Virus record (IMG/VR): IMGVR_UViG_3300002180_000019
Coordinates: 1 to 47,285 of that record
DNA length: 47,285 bases
Source: a virus
Taxonomy: Duplodnaviria > Caudoviricetes
Reading direction: 5' to 3' (one strand)
The translations under genes were made by a program, and so were the position numbers. Positions 16,289-26,348 of the stretch are shown piece after piece. A model generated the notes under the pieces. The model had not been told where the DNA came from and searched no databases. It saw nothing but the letters and a program-made list of their open reading frames with translations. Positions within the stretch are counted from its first letter, which is position 1; each line of letters starts with the position of its first letter.

Positions 16289-16613
16289 ATTCTACCCTCT
16301 TCGCAATCGTAATATTACACTAATGTTCGGAGACTATCTAGGTAAGTTGAATTGGGCTGCTCGTATTCATGAAGACTTCCCCTTCTACGAAGTAGGCATG
16401 ACTTACCTAGATGGTGCGGTAATTGGAGGTATGAATGTCTGGGTTGTTGAGATTAAAGACAACAAATTTATACCTTTATTCTATGGCTTAGAATCAGAGA
16501 ATGAGAAGAAAAAAAGGTTATCTGGCAAGGGAACAGAAAAGGAAAAAACTATATGGAAAGCCAGAGAACTCTACAGTAAAATGCAAGTTGATGAGATTAT
16601 GAGTAAGATATAA
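16281..16613 (+). CDS. Hypothetical protein, last gene of the + arm
   Basis: ORF converging on the gene at 16616; start 16266 or 16281. Confidence 0.65.
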   Translation: MRKFYPLRNRNITLMFGDYLGKLNWAARIHEDFPFYEVGMTYLDGAVIGGMNVWVVEIKDNKFIPLFYGLESENEKKKRLSGKGTEKEKTIWKARELYSKMQVDEIMSKI

Positions 16614-16615
16614 TA

Positions 16616-19600
16616 CTAATGCCCCTCTCCTACTGCAGGTATCGCAAAGATATATTTTAATCTACTGTCTTTATATATAGTAGGAATATCATCCTTTGAT
16701 AATCTCAAAGCTTTTGTAAAATTAGCAGGAATAGGAAATCCTTTATTAGCCCTTCCAAACCACTCTTTGAAAAAGGTTGACATCCAGAACTCATCATCTT
16801 TATGCTCTTTGTCCATCCAAGTCCTATATGTAGCTGTTGCTAAAGGACTTGCTCCTATTGCAATTTCTTTTGTGTTAAATTTTATAAAAGGTGGATGAAA
16901 CATATGATGCTTCATATCTGCATCGAAGACCATTCTACCTGTTCCTATAATAGTACCAACAGCCAGCATCTCTCTCATAAACTGCTTGACAACAGGAGTT
17001 CCAAAGAGATCTCTTTCACTCTCTAAAGCACCTTTGATAAGAGACCATTTTAGTTTATGCTCTCCTTCTTTAACATCAAGCCTAAGTTGCCTAAGTAGTT
17101 CTTTAGATGCCTTTCCTACAGCCTTCCCAGTTCTTCCATATAAGAGACCTCTTTGCTCTATAATCTTAAATGGAGTTCCTTGAAAAGTTAGAAAGAGTCT
17201 GATCATAGGATCACGTAGCCATCCTGGATTGTTTGGACCAGCTAAGAAGTTTGTTTTAAGAATTGTATCAAATACGCTATATGCTGCCTGTGAGGGAGTC
17301 ATGCCTTTCTTTGCTGCCATTTCAAGTCCACATAGAACAGAAAAACCTCTGTCATATTTTTCAACGGCTGCAACAGGCGCTCCTCCAATCTCATTGAACT
17401 TCTGCAAGATTCTTTTCCACCCTGTCTCAGGTACTCTAAACGTATCTATATCAGCAATAAGTTTATGCATCTTACCTTGGTTTGTCCAAGCCTTTACAAT
17501 AGAATCTATAGAATCTGATTTCAATCCTCTCTTTTCAAGCCATGCACTGTTTCCTGATTTCTTAAAACTTGATCTTGAAAAAGTTCTTATAGCCTCAGGA
17601 ATATTCTTCGCTCCTTCTGCACCAAATACTCTAAGATCAGCAGTTAATTTCATTGCATGTTTAAATGGAACAGATGCTGAGAATGCTAATAACCTAGCTA
17701 CTTCAACACTATATGCAGTCTCTGCCCAATCACTAGCTGGTCCTCTTTCAAGAGGCTTGAACCCTGCTTCAAAAGCGTCAAAGAATCTTCTTAGTCCATC
17801 TGTATTTTGGACTTCAGAGCTTCTTGAAAATTCATGCCAGCCTCCTGGCTTTTTGTACTTCCAAAAGTCCATATACTGCATCCTAACATTTATATCAGGA
17901 AGATATCTTTGCATTGTATAGGAAGCATCTGGCATCATAGGTCGAAGTCCAAAGGAACGACTGTGAAGCTTTGCCATTGGTGGAGTAACATCAGAGTGTG
18001 GATTTACAGTATGAATATGTTTTTGAAGAGCCTTAAAATCTCTATCTGGATGAGCTGCATGATACATATAAGGTCTATATAAGAGAGGCTTTCCGTTTAC
18101 ATCCATAAGTCTTAAGGCTTGCTCCTCCATCATATCCTTTATCCTGCCAATAGCTACTTCCTCTTCAAAGGAAAGTGTATCTTTCAGCCATGGATAATGT
18201 TTAAAAGCTGCTGTATCTTCTGAGCCTAAGAATATTCTAACACTTGGATGCTTTGCAGCTAAAGGTTTAATAGCCTCATCCCATCCTTTTATATACTGCT
18301 TATACATAGCTTCTGAGCCTTCAAAAGCTTTCTTATGAATATTCATTTCAGCTTCTAAAGCTTTTAAAGCTGCTACATCACCATCTTCGATCTTTCTTTT
18401 ACCCTTACCTTTAAAATTCTTTCTTTTTTCTATAGCTTTCCATTTAGCTTCTATATCCTTCCCAAGTTTCTTGCCCATCCATCCATGATATCCTCTTTCA
18501 GCCATTTGTGTCATATACTCTTTTTCAAGAGGAGCCATAGCTGCAGAGACTTCTTTATAAGACTCCTTATATCCAGGAACATCCTTGACAATTCTGTTAA
18601 ATACTTTAAGTCCCTCTTCTGTATTTACATGAGCAGCTGTCCTAGCCATTGCCAGTTGTACTGCAGGATTGGTCATAGTTTCAAGACCTTCTGCATTTGT
18701 ACCAGCAAACCAATGATATTGAGCATAAGGAGTTAATAATTTACTTAGCCCAAGAGGTATTTCCTTCTTTTTTCTGATATCTGATAGCTTAGGTGTAACA
18801 ACAATAGACCTCATAGGATCACCAAGAGCGTAAGGATTAAGGCTTGGTTTTGGAATAAGGCCAGCAGTCTCAAGCTCCTCTAAGAGAATCTTTAAACCCT
18901 TTCCTTTAGCTTTTTTAAGCATCTCTCCTGTGAGCTTAGTTACTACTCTTGCACCAGTATCTACCATGCCTGCCTCAGCCTTCCTTGGGCCAAGAACTTC
19001 TGAAAGAGACAAGACAGTCGTAGCTCCAACAAGTCCATATAGAAGCTTCTTTAAAGCTCCCCAATTAGCTTCTACTGAGGCTTCTGTAATAGCAGTTTCT
19101 TTTGCTGTTGCTGTTCCCTTTATATAGGCTGAGTAAGCTGTTTTTACTTTAGCTTTTTCCAGTGCAGAGAAGGCTCTTTCATACTCACCCTCTGCTACTT
19201 TTGCAGATAGATCAGCCATAGCATCAAATTGTTCCTCTCCTAGTGTAGTAGCTGATACAGTCTCTTGTGCCTTTGCCTCTGCCTTTGCTCTTGCTTTTGC
19301 TGCATTCTCTCGTCTTAATATAGCAGATGGGTTTTTTTCACCAAGCTCATTAGATAGACTATGCCACTCTTCACGAGTTATCTTTTTCTCCTTGAACAAT
19401 TTATCCAGTTTATTATGAAAGGCTCCAGAAAATTTAGAATACTCTTTTGACTCGAATCTTTCTCCAACCTTTACTGCTTTAAAAGCAGGAGCAGCTGATA
19501 TTTCATCCTTCAGTCCTTGAACAACAGATGTCTTTGCTTCTGCTGTTTTAGTTATCTGCTTAGGAAGCTTGTCCTGTTTGAAGAGCTTAACAGTCTCAGT

Positions 19601-21283
19601 GATCTTCTTCCTAGTCCCCTTTATTTTTTCACGTAGATCTACTAAATCTTTGTCGCCAAAATCTCTTTCCTTTTCCAGTTTGGCTAGCTTCTTAGGAAAA
19701 GAAGCAGGTATGTCTAATGTCTCTTCCTTAGCTGCCTTAGCTACTGTTTTACGTACAGTTTTCTGAATTGTATCTGTAGCCTTATCAAAACCTACTTTAT
19801 GAATATTCATTTTACTAAAGACTTGAGCTTGTCTTGCTCCCATATTAGAAATATCTGTATCAGAGTATCCCATCTTTTTAAGTTTGTTTTTGGTCTGATA
19901 AGCAAGGTTCTTAACCTTTCCTACTGGCTCAAGAACAAACCTATCCTTTCTTACTTTCTCCATAGCTCCAACTTCTTGAATAGCTTGATCAGCAGTCTTT
20001 CCCTTTCCAATAAACTCTATAACTTTTTCCTCACGCTCAATATCTTTCAACTTATATCTAACAGGTTTTCCTTTAGCCCCATACAGTAACGGCTCCTTTT
20101 CTACTTGTCCACCGGCAAGTTCCTCTGCATTTCTTAGCCAGGCAGGAGTCTTTGGCTTTTCTATAATAGGAACTACTCCTTGATGAGGACTTCTCTTAGC
20201 AGCAAGAGGAGCTTTACTTTCAACTTCCCTCCATATCTGCCCTGTTTCAACTCCTTTCTCTATCTTTCTGCTGAGAGCATTAACAAGTCCTAATCTTCCC
20301 TTCTCAAGATTTTTCATTAAATGCTCTTGAGCAGCTCCCCTTGCTGCTGTTGCTTCAGCAGCTTTGTTTAAAGTTTCTGCAGTAGGCAAAGTAGCTGCAG
20401 CTGTACTTGCTGCTTCCTCCGCTACAGCAGTACTAGCAAACCTGCGAACAGCCATTGTTACAGCTTTCTTTGCAACCTTCTGTGTGCCAGCCACTGCTAC
20501 ACCTCCTACAGTTAGTTCAGCAAGAAGAGCCTTCCAAGGTCGATTCTGAGCCCATTCTGTTTTCCTTATCATATTTCCTGCAATATCAAAAGCAAGCAAA
20601 TCAGGAATAAACATCAATCCAAGACCAGCAGCTTTTGCTACAGGATGTGGAGCAGCAGTTAAGCCACGGCCAACTAGCTTCATTATTCCTTTTTGCCCTG
20701 CCCACTTAAGAGCCTTTGGAGCCACACCAGGAATGCGAGCTATAGCTTGAGGAATACCTTTAGTTGCAGCTCCAAGAGCAAAACTAGCTCCAACAGAACT
20801 ATACGTAGACCTTGGCTTTGCTACTTCCCAAGCCTCTTGATCAGGAAGTTCAGCTACAGGTGTTTTAAAGAAAGTCCTCAAGGGGCTTGATTTCTGCTTC
20901 CAAGTATGCTCATGTATAGCTTCCTTTTTCTCCTTTAACCTATTAACAAAGGAAGCCATAACCAAATCCTCTGGGCGATATTTAGAATAAGCAGGATCAG
21001 TTATTAAGCGGCTGTAATCCTTCCACACTTCTGTCCCCATCTCATGTCTTGGATCACTCTTTGGTATAGCAGCCTGAACTGCAGATAATCTAGAAGGATG
21101 CTTCTTCGTTGCAATCTTCTTTCCCTCTGGTACATGAGGCTCAAGAAGCTTTGATATCATTGTTTGGGCTTTAGTCGGATCCCAGATGAATTTAGACCTA
21201 GCTGTAGCAATCCTATTTTCTTCTGTTCTTCGAGCGGTTACATCCTTCATTACTAAATTTAGAGCAAAGGACTCAGGATTCAT
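16616..21283 (-). CDS. Large internal virion (ejection) protein, 1555 aa
   Basis: Last gene of the structural arm; Ala/Lys-rich with several hydrophobic segments. Confidence 0.65.
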   Translation of the reverse strand: MNPESFALNLVMKDVTARRTEENRIATARSKFIWDPTKAQTMISKLLEPHVPEGKKIATKKHPSRLSAVQAAIPKSDPRHEMGTEVWKDYSRLITDPAYSKYRPEDLVMASFVNRLKEKKEAIHEHTWKQKSSPLRTFFKTPVAELPDQEAWEVAKPRSTYSSVGASFALGAATKGIPQAIARIPGVAPKALKWAGQKGIMKLVGRGLTAAPHPVAKAAGLGLMFIPDLLAFDIAGNMIRKTEWAQNRPWKALLAELTVGGVAVAGTQKVAKKAVTMAVRRFASTAVAEEAASTAAATLPTAETLNKAAEATAARGAAQEHLMKNLEKGRLGLVNALSRKIEKGVETGQIWREVESKAPLAAKRSPHQGVVPIIEKPKTPAWLRNAEELAGGQVEKEPLLYGAKGKPVRYKLKDIEREEKVIEFIGKGKTADQAIQEVGAMEKVRKDRFVLEPVGKVKNLAYQTKNKLKKMGYSDTDISNMGARQAQVFSKMNIHKVGFDKATDTIQKTVRKTVAKAAKEETLDIPASFPKKLAKLEKERDFGDKDLVDLREKIKGTRKKITETVKLFKQDKLPKQITKTAEAKTSVVQGLKDEISAAPAFKAVKVGERFESKEYSKFSGAFHNKLDKLFKEKKITREEWHSLSNELGEKNPSAILRRENAAKARAKAEAKAQETVSATTLGEEQFDAMADLSAKVAEGEYERAFSALEKAKVKTAYSAYIKGTATAKETAITEASVEANWGALKKLLYGLVGATTVLSLSEVLGPRKAEAGMVDTGARVVTKLTGEMLKKAKGKGLKILLEELETAGLIPKPSLNPYALGDPMRSIVVTPKLSDIRKKKEIPLGLSKLLTPYAQYHWFAGTNAEGLETMTNPAVQLAMARTAAHVNTEEGLKVFNRIVKDVPGYKESYKEVSAAMAPLEKEYMTQMAERGYHGWMGKKLGKDIEAKWKAIEKRKNFKGKGKRKIEDGDVAALKALEAEMNIHKKAFEGSEAMYKQYIKGWDEAIKPLAAKHPSVRIFLGSEDTAAFKHYPWLKDTLSFEEEVAIGRIKDMMEEQALRLMDVNGKPLLYRPYMYHAAHPDRDFKALQKHIHTVNPHSDVTPPMAKLHSRSFGLRPMMPDASYTMQRYLPDINVRMQYMDFWKYKKPGGWHEFSRSSEVQNTDGLRRFFDAFEAGFKPLERGPASDWAETAYSVEVARLLAFSASVPFKHAMKLTADLRVFGAEGAKNIPEAIRTFSRSSFKKSGNSAWLEKRGLKSDSIDSIVKAWTNQGKMHKLIADIDTFRVPETGWKRILQKFNEIGGAPVAAVEKYDRGFSVLCGLEMAAKKGMTPSQAAYSVFDTILKTNFLAGPNNPGWLRDPMIRLFLTFQGTPFKIIEQRGLLYGRTGKAVGKASKELLRQLRLDVKEGEHKLKWSLIKGALESERDLFGTPVVKQFMREMLAVGTIIGTGRMVFDADMKHHMFHPPFIKFNTKEIAIGASPLATATYRTWMDKEHKDDEFWMSTFFKEWFGRANKGFPIPANFTKALRLSKDDIPTIYKDSRLKYIFAIPAVGEGH

Positions 21284-21300
21284 TATACAGTTCTCCTATC

Positions 21301-21975
21301 TTATTCCTCTAGTTCAGGATAAGTCCAATCATATCCTTTTCTAGCTCCCTTCTTAAATATATCTGGGAGCAGCATTTCCCTAAAATCACTTTTAACTCCA
21401 GACAAGAAGTTTTCTATAGAGGGTCTAAGTTTCCTTTTCTTTTTTACTGGGGTAACTCCAGAAATTGGACCTGGAGCTGCAGTATCTTTTGTTGCTCCTG
21501 GAGTTGCTTTAGTCCAGACTCCATCTTTCTTAACAAGATTAAGATTGCCAGTACTTGCCACTGCAGGTTCACTAGCAACTGCTCCTGCAGCTCCACCCAT
21601 CTTCTTTAGTATCTCTGGAACAGCAGCTCCTGGAATATCTGAAGGCTTAGCTGATCCTTTTCCTGCATCTTTAAGATAAGGCATAAGATACTTCCTGGTT
21701 ATCTCCTCTTGAAGAGGATACTTCTTTTCTTCAAGTGCTAGCTTTCTTGACTCTATACCAGCCCCTAGCTTTGTTCTTGCCATAAGACCTTTTTCTTTTA
21801 TCCTCTGAAGATTCAACTGATGTTCTCTTCGCTCTGCAACTCTAGTAGCTGTAGCACTTGGATCAAGCATTGAAGCTACATTAGACTTAGTTGCAGCCAT
21901 TGATCTTCTAGTAGCAATGGATCTTTCTTCTACTTTCTTTTTATTACTCCCAATTCGAAATCCAGATGGTAGCAT
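21301..21975 (-). CDS. Putative internal virion protein
   Basis: Basic and low-complexity; between two large virion genes. Confidence 0.5.
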   Translation of the reverse strand: MLPSGFRIGSNKKKVEERSIATRRSMAATKSNVASMLDPSATATRVAERREHQLNLQRIKEKGLMARTKLGAGIESRKLALEEKKYPLQEEITRKYLMPYLKDAGKGSAKPSDIPGAAVPEILKKMGGAAGAVASEPAVASTGNLNLVKKDGVWTKATPGATKDTAAPGPISGVTPVKKKRKLRPSIENFLSGVKSDFREMLLPDIFKKGARKGYDWTYPELEE

Positions 21976-21976
21976 C

Positions 21977-23950
21977 TTATCCTCCTATATACTCATGAAC
22001 AGCATGTGATTGAGTAGTACTTACGCTGTCTATTTCCTGTGTAACATGACTTGTGCTTGTAGATGATGATACTTGCTGATTATAAGATGAAGATGCTTGT
22101 GTTCCTTGATTAGCATTATATCCTATCGACGCACTTGCATTTACAGCACCCATCGAACTAGCCGCAAGCTGCGCAGATACATTTGCTCCTGACTTAATTG
22201 CATCAGCAAATATTGCTTGCGCTCCTAAATATCTTTCAATATTTAGTTTTGCTTCGCCAAGCAATAGATCAGTCTGATTCTTTGCCTGTTGTATCTTTGA
22301 ATCATAAGTCTTAATCTGAGCATCTAGTTCAACTTTAGCCACTGCAGTATCAGCTTCATATGCACCTACTTTATATCCATAAGTCTTAACAAGTGCTTCA
22401 ATCCTAGAGTTTTCCTTCAACACATTTGTCTTATAGCCTTCGACTTCAGCCAAGTAACTGTTTACTTTAGAATCATTTTCTTTTATTTGAGCTTCCATTT
22501 CTGCAATCAGCATGCTGGATTCAATCTTCTTAGCCTCAACCTGTCCGACGAAGGCTTTAACTTGATTATTATAAATGTCAACTTTTGACGCTTCTCCCAC
22601 TATCCTAGCTTGATATAAATTATATCCTGCTGTCTTCGCAGCTAGATTAGCAGAGTACGCTTCAATCTCAGTTTTAAAGTTCTCAATCTTTAGTCTTTCA
22701 AGACTTGCTCTAACACTAGCTCCCTCCATTTGAGTCTTATACATATTTAACAGGCTAGTTGCTGCATTTACCTGAGCATTATATACAGCTACATAGTGTC
22801 CTTGAACTTCAGCACTAATTTTTGCTCCCTCAAGTTGTGTTCGATACAGATTTAATTCAGAAGCTGCCGCTCTAATCTTTGACTCAAAGACAGCTGCCAT
22901 TGTTTTATATTTATCCAATCTGACATTATAACCTACTATCTTAATATTGTATATTTTAACAGCTGCCTCCACAACTTCCTTCGCAGCAAGAAACTGTCTA
23001 TCTGCAACAGTATTAGAATGAATCATTAACTGTTGTTCCATAGCAGCAGACGACTGGATAAAGAAATGAAGATTTGTTTGTGTAAGTCTAGCCTGTTCAA
23101 TCATAACCTTTTCATTTATATCATCATTCCTTCTTGATATCTCAGCCAATGTTTCTGAGATTCTTCCTGCTAAAGCTCCTGGAGGAAGAATGAATCCTTT
23201 TGCAGCAAAGAAGTTTTCAGCTTCATCATACATTCTTTCATCATCTATTTCCCTTCTTGCTACAGCTCTATCAAAGATAGCTTCTTCTACACTGACATCC
23301 AATCCTGTTCCACCTGCTTGAACATCATCCAATAGCTTTGCTGTAACAGCATCCAGAAGATCTGATTGATAGGGAGTCTCATTATAAATAAACATAGGTT
23401 CAGGCGGTGTAAGATCTTCTGTTGGAAGTACTCCATCAAACTGAGGCATTGTAATATCTGGAGGAGATGGAATAAGTATCTGATCTACAGTTGGTGGAAT
23501 AGGAAGTGTAATTGATGGAGCAGTAGGAACATCTATACTCTCTAAAGATGGAGCATCTCCTGGACTTGCTGGCAAATCAGTGTCTGGATAATCAGGAAAT
23601 GTTATCTCTGGAAGCACTCCTTCAAAGGATGGAACAGATGGAAGTGTTGCTAAGGTTATATCATTTAAGACTGGTATAGTAGGAATAGTTCCAACACTAG
23701 GAGTAAGAGCACTATCTACTGGAGCATTCGGTCTATGGCTTTCAATATCAGAATCTAATACAATCTCTTGAAAATCATAGTCTATATCTGCGCTAGGCAT
23801 TGAAGCTGTTAAACCACTAAATGATTGTTTTAAACTGTCAATAAAATTGTTTGCTGTAGTTATAGCAGCTGATCCATATGACTGAATCTCACCGAATCTA
23901 CTTTGAACAAGATCTTTAGCAGTTAAATCTGGGTCATAAAAAGTAGTCAT
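21977..23950 (-). CDS. Virion structural protein, Pro-rich N-terminus and long coiled coil
   Basis: PxxP-rich segment, then helical Ala/Tyr/Gln heptads and a Ser-rich tail. Confidence 0.6.
   Translation of the reverse strand: MTTFYDPDLTAKDLVQSRFGEIQSYGSAAITTANNFIDSLKQSFSGLTASMPSADIDYDFQEIVLDSDIESHRPNAPVDSALTPSVGTIPTIPVLNDITLATLPSVPSFEGVLPEITFPDYPDTDLPASPGDAPSLESIDVPTAPSITLPIPPTVDQILIPSPPDITMPQFDGVLPTEDLTPPEPMFIYNETPYQSDLLDAVTAKLLDDVQAGGTGLDVSVEEAIFDRAVARREIDDERMYDEAENFFAAKGFILPPGALAGRISETLAEISRRNDDINEKVMIEQARLTQTNLHFFIQSSAAMEQQLMIHSNTVADRQFLAAKEVVEAAVKIYNIKIVGYNVRLDKYKTMAAVFESKIRAAASELNLYRTQLEGAKISAEVQGHYVAVYNAQVNAATSLLNMYKTQMEGASVRASLERLKIENFKTEIEAYSANLAAKTAGYNLYQARIVGEASKVDIYNNQVKAFVGQVEAKKIESSMLIAEMEAQIKENDSKVNSYLAEVEGYKTNVLKENSRIEALVKTYGYKVGAYEADTAVAKVELDAQIKTYDSKIQQAKNQTDLLLGEAKLNIERYLGAQAIFADAIKSGANVSAQLAASSMGAVNASASIGYNANQGTQASSSYNQQVSSSTSTSHVTQEIDSVSTTQSHAVHEYIGG
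22571..22595. repeat. Degenerate intragenic copy of the 19-bp motif
   Basis: ATAAATGTCAACTTTTGACGCTTCT; about two mismatches to the consensus in either orientation. Confidence 0.45.
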
Positions 23951-23959
23951 TTTAATCTC

Positions 23960-25393
23960 CTACATATAATCTATATGATTAAGGGCAACTCGTCTCTCTA
24001 AGGATGAAAAAGGCTCTCCAGGCACAAGCCCTCTTGTAACATAAACACCAGGATTTGTTCTTCGATATTGATTAGGAACTTGATAATTAATCTGAAGAGG
24101 ATGAACACTATTAAAATAATGCTGCCAATATTCATTATTCGCTTCAGCCAGATATCGACTGGTAGGACTTATATGCAGATTCCATCTATAATAGTCATAA
24201 ACAGTACCTATAGTTCGATGACTAGCACCCCAAGAAGTATTATAAATCCTAGGCCATTTCTCTCCAGATAAATCCCAATATGCTGTTCTAAATTCTAGAT
24301 TCTTGTAACCAAGAATGTAAAGTACTAATGGAACTCTGCAAGTTTCTGTCTGTAAAAAGAGAGTTACTGTTCTTTTCAAGTGATCACTGGGTGCATTCAA
24401 GGCATGAACAGGATATGGTATTGAAACAAGAGGCATATACTCATCACCTGGAATATCAATATTGACAGTCCATTCAGTTTCATTTATCATATTAAAACTA
24501 ATTTCAGATCTAGTTGGCCACCAGTCTAGTATCGGCTCATTATAAGTAATAAGTCCATTGTAAAGTACCATCTCCTCAGGAGTAGGATAACTCCAATTTT
24601 CTGGGCAAACCCATTCATGACCCCAATAAAATTGGTCAGGCCAATAAGGTAGATCAGAAATATCATACCAAGCAGGATAATAACAAGGCATACCATAGTA
24701 AGACTCAGCAGTTATAAAAACTCCTAATTTTATTTTGTTAGGGTCTACCCCTCCACCAATAGTACCAGATAATACTTGCTGTCTGCCATAACTGTATTTT
24801 AAATCCCACTGCCAGATGGCATCTACTAACCATGCTGTAACGACATGAGTTCTCCCTTCATAAAAACCAGTACACTCCCCAAATCCACCACCAGTGTACA
24901 TATACGGACTAGCAGGATTTTCTGTGCACGCTCCCGCAAAATCAATATAGCCAATAGGTACACCTGCTACCCAAGGCCAAGACATTGAATCTGGATATGT
25001 TGGCCTATATCCAGTATCAAAAGCCTCAACATATACATGAGTCTCTGCAGCATTATAAAAGGTTTCAACAAGACTTAAATCAGTACAGCTTGTCTGCAAT
25101 ACTAAAGGTAATTTAACTGCCTCTGCTAAAGATATCTCTGGAACTTTTACATCCTCTATAATTGGAGTAACCTCTGGAGATATAATAACTGGAGAAAAAA
25201 TATCAATATTATCCTGACCATATATCGAAGAACACTTTATAATAGAACCATCAGGCAATATATGTTCTTTATATAATTGATTAAGCTTTTGAAAAGACAT
25301 TACAGTCTTTAAATCATCTAATCGCTTAAGCCCTGTTCTATAAAGACTTCTTGCCTTTTCTTTATCCCCAGAATAGTTACATCTTAAAGACAT
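23960..25393 (-). CDS. Putative tail or receptor-binding protein
   Basis: Aromatic- and Pro-rich body in the tail module. Confidence 0.45.
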   Translation of the reverse strand: MSLRCNYSGDKEKARSLYRTGLKRLDDLKTVMSFQKLNQLYKEHILPDGSIIKCSSIYGQDNIDIFSPVIISPEVTPIIEDVKVPEISLAEAVKLPLVLQTSCTDLSLVETFYNAAETHVYVEAFDTGYRPTYPDSMSWPWVAGVPIGYIDFAGACTENPASPYMYTGGGFGECTGFYEGRTHVVTAWLVDAIWQWDLKYSYGRQQVLSGTIGGGVDPNKIKLGVFITAESYYGMPCYYPAWYDISDLPYWPDQFYWGHEWVCPENWSYPTPEEMVLYNGLITYNEPILDWWPTRSEISFNMINETEWTVNIDIPGDEYMPLVSIPYPVHALNAPSDHLKRTVTLFLQTETCRVPLVLYILGYKNLEFRTAYWDLSGEKWPRIYNTSWGASHRTIGTVYDYYRWNLHISPTSRYLAEANNEYWQHYFNSVHPLQINYQVPNQYRRTNPGVYVTRGLVPGEPFSSLERRVALNHIDYM

Positions 25394-25932
25394 TATCCAG
25401 TTCCTTCACATTCCAAAGATAGATCCTGAACAAGAACACCTCTCCAAATCCATTGAGGAGCTTTAACACCAAGAAAAATAACTCTTGCTGTAATTCCATC
25501 TACAGCAAAATAACACCCATCTGTATTCTCAACCTTAAACATCCAATATCTTCCCTTACCATCCCTTCCAACAGGAACTCTCAACCCTCCTTCTATCTTT
25601 CCCTTTATAACAGGGGTCAGAGTATAGCTCCTTGAGTTCCAGTCATCGTTTACAACAGTAAGAATTAAATCTTCATCAGCCTCATATCCTACTTTCAAAG
25701 ACCGAATCTGCTTTTGATTTGGGATGCCGAAGTCAGTTATGCCTACTTCAAAGAATGAAGTTATATCTACTCCATCATCATCTTCACCTTCAAGCTCAAA
25801 AATACCATTCTCATTAGCTCCTAGATAGGAGTCTCCAAACTTACACAGACTATTAAAATCATAATCTGCATATTGGCTTGGAGTAATCTTTCTAAGACCT
25901 AAACATATTCCAAGATAATCCATATTAACCAC
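25393..25932 (-). CDS. Tail structural protein
   Basis: TDFGIPNQKQI...GRYWMFKVEN resembles C-termini of podovirus stabilisation/nozzle proteins. Confidence 0.5.
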   Translation of the reverse strand: MVNMDYLGICLGLRKITPSQYADYDFNSLCKFGDSYLGANENGIFELEGEDDDGVDITSFFEVGITDFGIPNQKQIRSLKVGYEADEDLILTVVNDDWNSRSYTLTPVIKGKIEGGLRVPVGRDGKGRYWMFKVENTDGCYFAVDGITARVIFLGVKAPQWIWRGVLVQDLSLECEGTG

Positions 25933-25934
25933 CC

Positions 25935-25953
25935 AGAAACGTCAAATATTAAC
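25935..25953 (+). repeat. Dispersed 19-bp motif, copy 5
   Basis: AGAAACGTCAAATATTAAC plus ATGGTTGCTTA; fills the intergenic gap. Confidence 0.85.
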
Positions 25954-25961
25954 ATGGTTGC

Positions 25962-26339
25962 TTATGTCGGATCTTCTATCTCTATCTCCCATGCTGGGAT
26001 ACTAACCTTGTTTCCTGAAGTAAGCGCCTGTGATGCACAAGTAGTAACGTACAGAAGTTTGCTTGTGTCTCCATCAGATATAGCTATGTGAGTTGCTGTG
26101 TCCGATGCATCTATTGTTATCTCTGTTTGTTCATTTACTTGAATCTTCCTGCCACTTATATCTCCGTTTGCAGGAGAGCCAAAGTCTGCATCAGCTATAG
26201 TAACATCAGCTAACTTATATGTTGTAATAGCTTCTGTGTAAGTAGTCGGCTCTTGACTACATATAGTCATTATTGTCGCATCTTCCTTAATCTTATCCAA
26301 TGCTACATCTAATATATCATCATGAACACTCTTGCCCAT
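25962..26339 (-). CDS. Small tail/fibre-associated structural protein
   Basis: Acidic, beta-rich; TATHIAI.D pattern; GGAGG RBS. Confidence 0.5.
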   Translation of the reverse strand: MGKSVHDDILDVALDKIKEDATIMTICSQEPTTYTEAITTYKLADVTIADADFGSPANGDISGRKIQVNEQTEITIDASDTATHIAISDGDTSKLLYVTTCASQALTSGNKVSIPAWEIEIEDPT

Positions 26340-26348
26340 TTTAACCTC

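Noticed and set aside
16986-20890. Plus-strand ORFs inside the 1555-aa gene, including the 230-aa ORF 17229-17921
   Set aside because: Antisense shadows of a long coding frame, with no RBS or recognisable motifs; the same applies to the other antisense ORFs in the track.
23960-25393. Diversity-generating retroelement target
   Set aside because: No reverse transcriptase gene and no template/variable repeat pair differing at adenines was seen.
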